IMG/VR virus record: IMGVR_UViG_3300023060_000001
Span: 65,543-129,542 of that record
Length of the DNA stretch: 64,000 nucleotides
Direction: 5' to 3' (one strand)
DNA from: a virus
Lineage: Duplodnaviria > Caudoviricetes
Each line of letters opens with the position of its first letter. The first letter of the stretch is position 1. The position numbers were made by a program, and so were the translations under genes. The notes below the pieces were generated by a model. The model did no database searches, had not been told where the DNA came from, and saw nothing but the letters and a program-made list of their open reading frames with translations. Below, piece after piece: positions 43,487-52,114 of the stretch.

Positions 43487-45241
43487 ATGGCTAAACAATT
43501 TTACAATGAAGATTTTATTAAAAATAACACGTACCAAGTACCAACAAGGAAATCTTTTACTGATTTGACAGGAGAAACCTTCGGGAAGGTTAGTGTGGTT
43601 TCTTGGGCTGGCATTAACAAATATGGAGATTGGAAAAAGGTGAGGAACGTTTGGTGGTGTAAATGTTCTTGTGAGGAAACGGATTACTTTTTAGTGGATA
43701 AGGCTAGTCTCCAAAAAGGTTTAACTACCTCTTGCGGGTGTAATTACAAAAATAATAATTCAGGAGGAGGAGATAGATCAAGTATAGAGGAAGCCTCTAA
43801 CGCACTACTACCTAATTATGAGGTTTTAAGTTACAGAGGGAGAAAACGCCCTTGCAAGGTGAAGTGTAATGATTGCAAGGAAGTGAGAAATTTCGATACA
43901 TTCTACAGTGCTCAACAAAGAGGTGTATGGTGTTCCTGTAAGGACAGAGACAATATTGTAAAAGATATAGCTGAAAGTGTTAACTATACCTTTGTAAGAA
44001 GGCTGCCTAATAATAAGATGGAAGCTAGTTGTAATAACTGTGGTAGTTTGCGGTCTGCTTATACTAGCACATCTTGTTGGGTGGATGAGTGCCCTTGTAA
44101 GTACGATGTTGATATGGAAGATAATAAACCTTCTTGTGTTTACTTCAACATAGACGAGTACAATCCATCTTATTATAAAATAGGAAAAGCCGATGAACCT
44201 TATAGTCGTTTAAATAAGGTTATGTCTAGTGTGAAGAAAGAGGGTTATGGAGACAAGCATAAATTTAAAGTAAAACATGTTAAATGGTTTGCTAATAAGT
44301 ATGTAGCACTTCAAGTAGAATCTATGTACCACCAATGGTTAAAAGATAAAGCAGTGTATGGTTTCAAGGGTACTAAGGATACCAATAAAGTGTTTGATGG
44401 ATGTACTGAACTTTTTGATGTATCTAAAGAAGATATAGAAGAGTTTAACAAGATCTACAAAACCACCGTAGATTATTTTGAAAAAGATAAACCTGAATAT
44501 GTGATATCTAAAGATTTCAGTAGTGAACTTAATATTCAAAAACCTAAAGGTAAGCTTGGAGTTGATGTTTGGTTCCCTAGGATAGGTAAGCTATATGAGT
44601 ATATGCACTTAGAAAGAAATGAGTGGAAAGATGACATAATATACAGCAGTGATAATCTAATAAAAGCTTATTGTAATATACGAAAAAGAGAGAATGAGTT
44701 GTTGTTTGAAGTTGACGGAGATTATTATAAAAGCTCTAAAGACTTCTACGAACAGTGGTGTCATTTAGCTGGAACAGGTTATAATAATTTCAGGGATAGG
44801 ATTTTCAATAAAAATAAAGGGGTTTGGTTGGCACTTACGGAAGGTTCTATTAGAGGTAAGAGAAACACCTTTGTTGATATTGATGGTGTACAAAAACCTT
44901 TAATAGAGATTTATAACAGACACAAACCCATAATATCCTATAGTAGCTTCAAGGATTACTTACTAGAAGGAGTTTCTATAGAAGAGCTTGTTTACAAAGT
45001 ACCTGAGATTAATATGACAAAGATATATTTGTACAAAGGTAAATACTACTCCAATGTACAACTAGCTTCAAAACTAGAACTATCTTGCCGCAAACCCACT
45101 TTCTACAACAGATTAAGTAATGGTTGGGATATAGACTTAGCCAGACTAATACCTTCTAATAATAAATTTAGGTATGAAAGAATCACCACTGACCTCCAAA
45201 ATATCTATCCTGAAATATTCTTAAAATTAAAAGAGGAGTAA
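43487..45241 (+). CDS. Large homing-type endonuclease (Zn-finger repeats, GIY-YIG/T5orf172-like domain, C-terminal HTH repeats)
   Basis: DLTGETFGK...WWCKCSC...TTSCGC; several CxxC; VYF...YYKIGKA...DGCTELF; FYNRLSNGW. Confidence 0.7.
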   Translation: MAKQFYNEDFIKNNTYQVPTRKSFTDLTGETFGKVSVVSWAGINKYGDWKKVRNVWWCKCSCEETDYFLVDKASLQKGLTTSCGCNYKNNNSGGGDRSSIEEASNALLPNYEVLSYRGRKRPCKVKCNDCKEVRNFDTFYSAQQRGVWCSCKDRDNIVKDIAESVNYTFVRRLPNNKMEASCNNCGSLRSAYTSTSCWVDECPCKYDVDMEDNKPSCVYFNIDEYNPSYYKIGKADEPYSRLNKVMSSVKKEGYGDKHKFKVKHVKWFANKYVALQVESMYHQWLKDKAVYGFKGTKDTNKVFDGCTELFDVSKEDIEEFNKIYKTTVDYFEKDKPEYVISKDFSSELNIQKPKGKLGVDVWFPRIGKLYEYMHLERNEWKDDIIYSSDNLIKAYCNIRKRENELLFEVDGDYYKSSKDFYEQWCHLAGTGYNNFRDRIFNKNKGVWLALTEGSIRGKRNTFVDIDGVQKPLIEIYNRHKPIISYSSFKDYLLEGVSIEELVYKVPEINMTKIYLYKGKYYSNVQLASKLELSCRKPTFYNRLSNGWDIDLARLIPSNNKFRYERITTDLQNIYPEIFLKLKEE

Positions 45242-46800
45242 CATCCTCTTCCTTCCTGAAATACATACAAAAATATTCTGACACTACGCACATCACTAAG
45301 AAAACCCACTTTGACCAAAAGTATAAAATATTAAATGAAACTAAACCCTCTAACAGCGATTGGATATATTGTGTAAGTGTTAATGATTATTATTAAGATT
45401 ATTATTTATATTAGTGTTATTACTTCCTTTAGGGTATTAAGTTTCACACAAGGTAATTTTAGAAAAAATTTAAAACCGCTTCTCGAAATGGGGGGTGTGC
45501 CTTTGGTAAACGTACATTTTAAAATATTATTACGGGTTGGTGAAGGTAACCTTGTATAAAAGGTAATTTCCTTAAATATCAAACATTTATACGAAAGGTG
45601 TTGAGCGCCATTACCAACCCCCTTCATCAAAATCGACCTCCGTATAAAATATCTATCCCCTTCCCCGCAATAGTCCACTTCCCTCAATAATAACAATCCA
45701 TTAACACATAACTACCCTTTATAATAAAGTGATTCCCTATTCATAAAACAAATTGAACATAACATATGAAATAGGAAGACCTATAAATTGTTACATTATC
45801 ACATTCACCAAAGTATTATCCCCATTTGTTTTATAATACCAATTCCTACAATAAAACAAAGATTACCCCACTTTATGCAATTATTACATTGTGTTAAAAG
45901 TATTAACATTTAATCAATATTTATTCAATTAGTGTGGGAAGTGGGATAATACTTTTTAAAGTGGTTGATATTGTGTTACTTTGTAACAAAAGGATTCGGG
46001 AGTGGGATAGATTGTGGCATTGCGTTTTTAAGGGGTTAAAAACACCAACACCAAAATCCCTCCCCCTTTCCCTCATCCCCAACTATAACCCAATTAGCTA
46101 ACATTTGTTTACACGTAAACAAGAATAATTACCATTTACCACTTTGTGGTGAAGTATCTCCCTTTGTTACGTTGTAACGAATTACAATCATTCTAATACG
46201 TTGTATTAATCTCTATCCCTTATTATACATACAATCACTAATTACTAAGCGCTATTCCTATAAGCTTTACAAGCTAATCTATAACTCCTTCTATCACATA
46301 AAAACACTTTAATCCTATGTGATAAACAGACACCATCACAAAAGGTAATTTTTATTATATCTTTTATTACATATATAATAAGTATCAGTAATACATTGTT
46401 AGAATAGATACCTACTAAGCTTAATATTTACTGTAGTGTAATGTATCCACTTTATTATTAAGTGTTATCAAACGTTGTTAAAAGGGGTTTATATTTCATA
46501 TAACAGTATGATGTTATTAATATTTATAGTTGTTAGAAGTGTGTTTTATAAAGTGGGATTTCCTTGTTGTAAGAGGATACCATTGTTTTGAAAGTGAACA
46601 ATATTAGTTCAAATTGTAGGTTATTGTGCAACAAGGTGTAATTATTGTTTTATACTGGGTTTATAAAACAAAGTGTTATGATTTTAACAGGATGTGTTTA
46701 TATTTGGGCTAGGTTATTTTGAAGAAGGTTATTATATTTTACAAAGTAAAAAGCCCACCGGTTAAAGTGGGCTTTTTTGTTACACAAGGCTTTTTATTAC
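45242..46800. other. 1.5-kb non-coding palindrome-rich region; candidate genome terminus and/or origin
   Basis: No credible ORF; AT-rich tract 45380-45425; A/T tracts then G6 at 45490-45495; many inverted repeats. Confidence 0.6.
46748..46778. terminator. Bidirectional terminator
   Basis: AAAAAGCCCAC-cggttaaa-GTGGGCTTTTTT. Confidence 0.85.
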
Positions 46801-46803
46801 AAA

Positions 46804-47013
46804 TTATCTTTTAAAAGTGGTGCAGCTACGAGTGTTTAACTCACCTTTAAGTTTTACCCACTTCGAGCCACTTTCACACATAACTTTGGCCATTGCCATT
46901 CTATCAGATTCTATCTTTTTATTAGCTTCAGATAATCCACTACCAATAAAAACTAATACGATAATAGAAAGAGTAATAATTGATAAAGTTGTGGCTATAG
47001 TTAAAGTTTTCAT
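46804..47013 (-). CDS. Small membrane-anchored/secreted protein
   Basis: Hydrophobic N-terminus; own promoter TTGCAC-17-TAATAT at 47061-47089. Confidence 0.7.
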   Translation of the reverse strand: MKTLTIATTLSIITLSIIVLVFIGSGLSEANKKIESDRMAMAKVMCESGSKWVKLKGELNTRSCTTFKR

Positions 47014-47119
47014 AATGTAACGCCTTTTGTAATAAATGATTGTTTTGCTTCAGTAGGTTTATATTATCAAATCGGGTTATAATGTGCAACTATTAATTAC
47101 ACATTATTTCAAATTAATT

Positions 47120-47269
47120 TTATTTGTTATATTGTTCTTGTTTTTCTGCTACGTACTTTTTAAAGGCTTCATCATTCATAAAACCCGTTATTGTTAACAT
47201 ATCTACGTTTGTGTTAGAGTTTTGGATTTCTACTAAAATTGCCCATTCTTTTGAATCATACCTATTCAT
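47120..47269 (-). CDS. Small hypothetical protein (49 aa, not in track)
   Basis: MNRYDSKEW...; own promoter and RBS AAGGG. Confidence 0.6.
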   Translation of the reverse strand: MNRYDSKEWAILVEIQNSNTNVDMLTITGFMNDEAFKKYVAEKQEQYNK

Positions 47270-47662
47270 AATGTTAACCCTTTAAATTAAAAGCCCTTGC
47301 ACCATTGCTTGAGCCGATACTATCGTAAACGATAAAGGTATATTACACCAGCTAAATTTTAATTACAACACCTTTACACAAATTAAATCAAATTATTTCA
47401 AACAAACCAACTTAATCTAATAACCCGCAGCCAATCCAACACAAGCACCACCACCAACGCACACGGCACCATTAACCACAATAAGCTTTTAACAAAGTTA
47501 ATCCCTTTGTGCTTAAATGTTCTCTTCTTCATATAAGCTTGTGTGCGTTTTGAATAAAATTGATTGTTTGTCATTGTAACACCTATTTATTAAAAATTAT
47601 TTTATTAAGATGCAAACATTGTTACATATTCACACCAATAAAACAACTTTTATTTTGCAAGT

Positions 47663-47848
47663 TTAATCTAAATCTATAATTTGAGGGTGATCCCAGTTGC
47701 CAACATTTTTCATAGCGTAGTCACAAATAACACCCGTTTTAGCTTTGATCAATTCTATCGCATGATCCTCACTATTAGCTTGTACACGGTAACAATCATA
47801 AATGTATTTACAGCTTGCAGAATGTTTAAACGCTTTGAAGTAATCCAT
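47663..47848 (-). CDS. Small hypothetical protein
   Basis: Own promoter and RBS AAGGA. Confidence 0.7.
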   Translation of the reverse strand: MDYFKAFKHSASCKYIYDCYRVQANSEDHAIELIKAKTGVICDYAMKNVGNWDHPQIIDLD

Positions 47849-47948
47849 AATAAAATCCTTAAAAAATGGCTAACCCAACGCCAGCCAACAAATACATATT
47901 AAAACAAATCTGATCACATTGCAACAAATGTTTTAATATTATTTCAAA

Positions 47949-48240
47949 TTAAATACGATTACCCAAACGATCAACAACACTATTGATCAATCCTTTGTAC
48001 TTTTTACTAAATTTAATACCCTTTGCTGCAGCATAGTCCACAACATAAACATTTAAAGATCTGCCACTTTTAAAATTTATTGTTATATTCATTGTTTTGT
48101 ATTCCTGTTTAAAATTATAATAAGCTGATTAAAAATGACAACATTGTAGCAAGTGTAACACATAAACCCGCAATAACTAACCACTGATTACAACGAATTG
48201 ATTTTAATTTAAGTTTTAACCTTTGTTTAAATGTTATCAT
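47949..48240 (-). other. Two small genes not in track (48115-48240, 41-aa TM; 47949-48092, 47 aa)
   Basis: RBS CAGGA before each; promoter at 48303-48331. Confidence 0.55.
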
Positions 48241-48377
48241 TTTTAATTGTCCTGTTGTTAAATTGTATTGCCTAGCTGAGTGTTATCGTAAACGATAGAT
48301 AAATAATATTACATTTTGCCAAACAATACAAACCCTTTTTGCAAATTAATATTATTTATTTTAATAAATACATTATT

Positions 48378-48665
48378 TTAAACTCTCTCATTAATTGACA
48401 CCAACGCACCATTTTTAAACACCACTTTGTAAAAAACATTATTTATATATAAACTATGCTCCCCTTCCGCATTCAATTCTAACAAGCTTTTAAAAGCGTT
48501 CAGGATGCATTTAGACTGTGTTTTACCCATTGCACCAAGTGAGCGTTCTAGACCTTGTAAACGTAGCTTAGCGAAAGTATCCGCCTCATCTCTTTTTAAT
48601 TGTGCTTTAGCTTGTGCAATTTGTTGATCTTGTTGACTAGGGAATAAATTCTTAAATAAACTCAT
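48378..48665 (-). CDS. Hypothetical protein
   Basis: 95-aa ORF in leftward cluster. Confidence 0.65.
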   Translation of the reverse strand: MSLFKNLFPSQQDQQIAQAKAQLKRDEADTFAKLRLQGLERSLGAMGKTQSKCILNAFKSLLELNAEGEHSLYINNVFYKVVFKNGALVSINERV

Positions 48666-48693
48666 AGTAAAGGTTCTCTTTGTTTAAAGGTGG

Positions 48694-48739
48694 TAACAAT
48701 CGTTATAACGATTGTTATAGTGATTGTTATAGTGATTTT
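48694..48739. repeat. Perfect 24-bp palindrome followed by a 12-bp tandem repeat
   Basis: TAACAATCGTTATAACGATTGTTA (48694-48717); GATTGTTATAGT x2 plus partial copy. Confidence 0.9.
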
Positions 48740-48867
48740 AAAAACTGTTTAGCTTTTCGGGCATTCTTGCGTTCACGTTTTAATATGTCTTGATCCTGTT
48801 TGAATTGGTCACTTTTTGTATGTGGTTTGTTTTTGTTGCTGCGTGTTGTTTTGATAAAGTTTGTCAT
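48727..48867 (-). CDS. Small basic protein (46 aa, not in track)
   Basis: MTNFIKTTRSNKNKPHTK...RERKNARKAKQF. Confidence 0.55.
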   Translation of the reverse strand: MTNFIKTTRSNKNKPHTKSDQFKQDQDILKRERKNARKAKQFLKSL

Positions 48868-48928
48868 TTTTGGATGCCTTTTTTTAAAGTTGGGAGGTTG
48901 GCGGGGAGTGTCCCGCCGTTGTTGGTTA

Positions 48929-49282
48929 TTAAAATTTAAAGTTTTTCATTAAATTGAATGCTAAACGATTCCAGTATTGATCTAATTCTCTATCCCTCTT
49001 AGCTTCAGTTTCATGACCTGTTAACACTCCCCATTGTTCTAAACGTAAACCTATATCATAATAAGTATAATCAACGTTTAAAGCTAAACCCATTAACCAC
49101 TCTTTTATATTATCTTGACGACTTAGACGGTTTTCATTCCAAGCGTATTCACTAACGTAACGGTTAAAAGCATATTCAAAGAGTTGCTCATCCGTTGGGT
49201 TTTCTATTTCATGATCTTCATCAGCGATAACAGTTAATAGGTAAGCTTTGATTGCTGGCGCGTAGTTTTTACGTGTAGTCAT
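48929..49282 (-). CDS. Hypothetical phage protein
   Basis: MTTRKNY...; promoter TTGACA-17-TAGAAT. Confidence 0.75.
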   Translation of the reverse strand: MTTRKNYAPAIKAYLLTVIADEDHEIENPTDEQLFEYAFNRYVSEYAWNENRLSRQDNIKEWLMGLALNVDYTYYDIGLRLEQWGVLTGHETEAKRDRELDQYWNRLAFNLMKNFKF

Positions 49283-49385
49283 AATAATACTCTCTTTTAA
49301 AATGTAAATTTTGCCGTAATTGGCGTTTTGTTTCAATAATGTAATTCTAGTTTAATTGGTATTTGTTGTCAATAAAAAGTTTTAA

Positions 49386-49601
49386 TTAATTTAAATGAAT
49401 TTTTCCTTCAGCAACCACCGAGCCATTAACAACGTTATAGCGCTTTTTATTAACTGGCTTAACACTTGGCATAATAGCCGCCCATTTATCGCCTGTGGCC
49501 TTTGTACGCTCGTTTGATTCAATTTTAACAAGTTGGTCGGCCTTCACTAATTTGATGAAATTGCGTAAAGCTGTACGTGTTTGGAATGTGAAAGTTTGCA
49601 T
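49386..49601 (-). CDS. Small basic hypothetical protein
   Basis: Own promoter TTGACA-17-TACAAT. Confidence 0.7.
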   Translation of the reverse strand: MQTFTFQTRTALRNFIKLVKADQLVKIESNERTKATGDKWAAIMPSVKPVNKKRYNVVNGSVVAEGKIHLN

Positions 49602-49710
49602 AATTGTATAACCTTTTTAAAATGTAACTAGCTAATTGAGTGTTAACTTTTTAAGTTGTGTTAATTGTAGTGGTTAACGTTGGAGTTGTCAACCGCTTTT
49701 TAATGTTTAT

Positions 49711-49917
49711 TTATAATTTTTTAACCGATCGGCCTTTACCTGTAAAATGAAAAGCCGCTGTTACATTTTCAGCGATTGACAGATCAACACCTTTTAAAGC
49801 TAGTATACGATCGTGCGATGATCTGGAAAAACAAGGCGGACCCATGTAAAATGTTACAAAGCGTGTTTTATCTTGAGATACAAACACCATACAATCTTGA
49901 TCTATAGTACTATGCAT
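49711..49917 (-). CDS. Small hypothetical protein
   Basis: Own promoter. Confidence 0.65.
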   Translation of the reverse strand: MHSTIDQDCMVFVSQDKTRFVTFYMGPPCFSRSSHDRILALKGVDLSIAENVTAAFHFTGKGRSVKKL

Positions 49918-50020
49918 AATAGAACCCTATTCTTAAAAGTGGCTAGCCCGTTGCCAGCCAATAGCATCGTAAACGATGTAATAATATTAATTCAATTGAT
50001 TATTGATTGCAAGTGTTTAT

Positions 50021-50404
50021 TTACTCAAATTCAAAAGTTTTTAATTTATTTAGAAGTTGATCTAATTCTTCAAAATCAAAGTCTTGTAAATCGTTATCAA
50101 AGCCGCCAAAAACAACGCGCCAAGGGTGATCACTACCTTGTAAATAAACTACTTGTATATAATCCCCTGTTTCATCTTGTGCCATCTTACAATGATCAAC
50201 AATACTTTTAATATTAGATAACACTTGATCATATTCTGTTATATTAGAATAAATCACATGCCCAACGTTAACACTATAAAAATCGTCCACTAGATAAATG
50301 TGATTAGTTGGAACAGTTACAAAACTTTGATCCCCGTCGTCTAATGTAAAATTGTAATTTTCGCCTAGTGCTTTTTGAATTTTAGCTTTTAATTGTAAGT
50401 ACAT
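50021..50404 (-). CDS. Hypothetical protein
   Basis: Promoter TTGACA-16-TATAAT. Confidence 0.7.
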   Translation of the reverse strand: MYLQLKAKIQKALGENYNFTLDDGDQSFVTVPTNHIYLVDDFYSVNVGHVIYSNITEYDQVLSNIKSIVDHCKMAQDETGDYIQVVYLQGSDHPWRVVFGGFDNDLQDFDFEELDQLLNKLKTFEFE

Positions 50405-50519
50405 AATATATTACCTTGTTAATTAGCGGCAGCGTTTAACTACCTTGTGTTAATTGTTCGTTGTTTCAATACCTACGTATTATAAGGGTATTTAAGCCAC
50501 TGTCAACAAGTAAAAACGA

Positions 50520-51026
50520 TTATTTTAAATATTTTTTAAACCTTGTGCTATAAACCTGCCAGTCGTGATCATCAGCTACAACATTTTTAAAAACGCTATT
50601 ATCAATGTTAGTATATTTGATCACCGTTGTTAATGTGTAATCTTTTTTACGTAGATTAAACCGCTCTTGCAAACGTTCAATTAATAAAGCGTGATCCGTT
50701 GGTGTCGGTGTCCAATCATTACAGCAAAGATCTTTTATGCTTTTATCTAATTTGTATAATTCAACTTTAACATTTTTATCATGCTTGATCCCTCTTGCTT
50801 TTAATTCACGTTTTAAAAGTCTGTGGCGCTTGGCTAAGTATAACAACTTATTTCTAAAAAATTTAACATGCCCAGCGTTTAATGTGTAATTTGCTGGTAT
50901 ATCCTTTTGTTTAAAGCGGTGCGGATGTTTTACCAATTCATTAACTATTCTAGGCAATTCGCGCCATTCAGCTAATAACCATTGATCAGTTAGATCGGTT
51001 GGTTCAATAGTATTAATTCTAGTCAT
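50520..51026 (-). CDS. denV: Pyrimidine dimer DNA glycosylase / endonuclease V
   Basis: MTRIN...LTDQWLLAEWRELPRI and YTLNAGHVKFF match T4 EndoV, including catalytic Thr2 and Glu23. Confidence 0.92.
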   Translation of the reverse strand: MTRINTIEPTDLTDQWLLAEWRELPRIVNELVKHPHRFKQKDIPANYTLNAGHVKFFRNKLLYLAKRHRLLKRELKARGIKHDKNVKVELYKLDKSIKDLCCNDWTPTPTDHALLIERLQERFNLRKKDYTLTTVIKYTNIDNSVFKNVVADDHDWQVYSTRFKKYLK

Positions 51027-51139
51027 AATATAAAGCCTTTTCTTAAGTTGTTTCAGCAAGTACAAAGGTATATTATTTTTAAGATAGTGTAAACACTTTT
51101 TATTAAAAGAATTAATTTTAATTTAATTGTTATTTTGTG

Positions 51140-51169
51140 TTGACAAGGTAAAACCTTTACTTATATAAT
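51140..51169 (+). promoter_or_regulatory. Consensus sigma70 promoter
   Basis: TTGACA-18 bp-TATAAT. Confidence 0.7.
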
Positions 51170-51212
51170 AGCGGGACACAAACAAAGATATTATTTAAAA
51201 AGGGCGTATATT

Positions 51213-51353
51213 ATGAATTTCACATATAAACTAGTGGCTAAAGATCAAGACGGAAAGATCCATACTAAAGAAGGTTTTAGTCCTATGCGATTAGATGTGT
51301 TTGCAAGGACCAATATTAAAAGCAAAGATTACACTATAATAAAGTTAAATTAA
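51213..51353 (+). CDS. Small hypothetical protein (46 aa, not in track)
   Basis: MNFTYKLVAKD...; promoter upstream, hairpin downstream. Confidence 0.6.
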   Translation: MNFTYKLVAKDQDGKIHTKEGFSPMRLDVFARTNIKSKDYTIIKLN

Positions 51354-51611
51354 CCAACAAAAAGCCCTTGCAATTAAAAGTGTAAGGGCTTATACTTTCT
51401 AACATAGTAAAACGGATTGTTTGAAGATATACATGCTCCGATCGTGTAATTCCTGCGAGCGCCTGTATGCGATTTTAAGAGGTTGTTTTAATAAAGGTAG
51501 TTTTGCACAAGTAACCTGTTAATAACGTCACACGGTTTAAACTAGTACCCTAATTTTCAAAGTTAACAATTCATACATAATTCATACCGTCAATTTTTTG
51601 GCGTATTCCAC

Positions 51612-51663
51612 TTATCCACCGATCTTATACATTATCCACAAGTTACCCACAGACTTATACAAA
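51612..51663 (+). promoter_or_regulatory. Cluster of DnaA boxes
   Basis: TTATCCACC 51612, TTATCCACA 51632 (perfect), TTACCCACA 51643, TTATACAAA 51655; all same orientation. Confidence 0.75.
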
Positions 51664-52040
51664 CGTGATACGTTATAACATAACAATTATTTTGATATAA
51701 TATAACATTGCTGAAGTGATTACGTTTTTGGTAGATGAGAGTAGCCGTCTGTACAAATTTTATCCTATTTTGATGAGATGAAAAACGTGGACGGATTCTA
51801 ACCTTTTGATTTTAAACGGGTTTATCCTAGATAAAACGAATGGCGAGTTCCGAAATTTCAATAATCATTTTAACATCAGGGACTAACTTTACAAAAGCAG
51901 TCTATCTTAAATCAGATTTACACCCTTTTCTAAAATCCAATCCACTTCACCATAAATGAAATTAACCGCAAGGATGTTATTTGTCAATAAGACCGTCTCC
52001 ACAACAGCCACCCTCCCATAAGGTGATTATCCATTAGGCA

Positions 52041-52088
52041 AAAGAAAACCCCTTGTACGCTGTGTGAAGGCGCAGAAGGGGTTATTTT
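52041..52088 (-). terminator. Terminator ending the leftward early operon
   Basis: AACCCCTT/AAGGGGTT stem flanked by A and T tracts. Confidence 0.65.
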
Positions 52089-52114
52089 GTGTTAAGGTTT
52101 ATCCTTTGGTGAAG

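Larger units (their letters stand above)
47061..50506 (-). promoter_or_regulatory. Eight near-consensus leftward sigma70 promoters
   Basis: -35/-10 pairs at 47089-47061, 47368-47340, 47924-47896, 48331-48303, 49372-49344, 49692-49664, 50012-49984 (17-bp spacers) and 50506-50479 (16 bp); AT-rich UP regions. Confidence 0.8.

Noticed and set aside
45377-45696. Track ORFs 45377-45559 (+) and 45406-45696 (-)
   Set aside because: No RBS, low-complexity translation, located in a signal-rich non-coding block.
45242-52050. CRISPR array or tRNA cluster in the non-coding regions
   Set aside because: No regularly spaced repeats with unique spacers, and no cloverleaf with T-loop motif found by eye; a tRNA scan would be needed to be certain.
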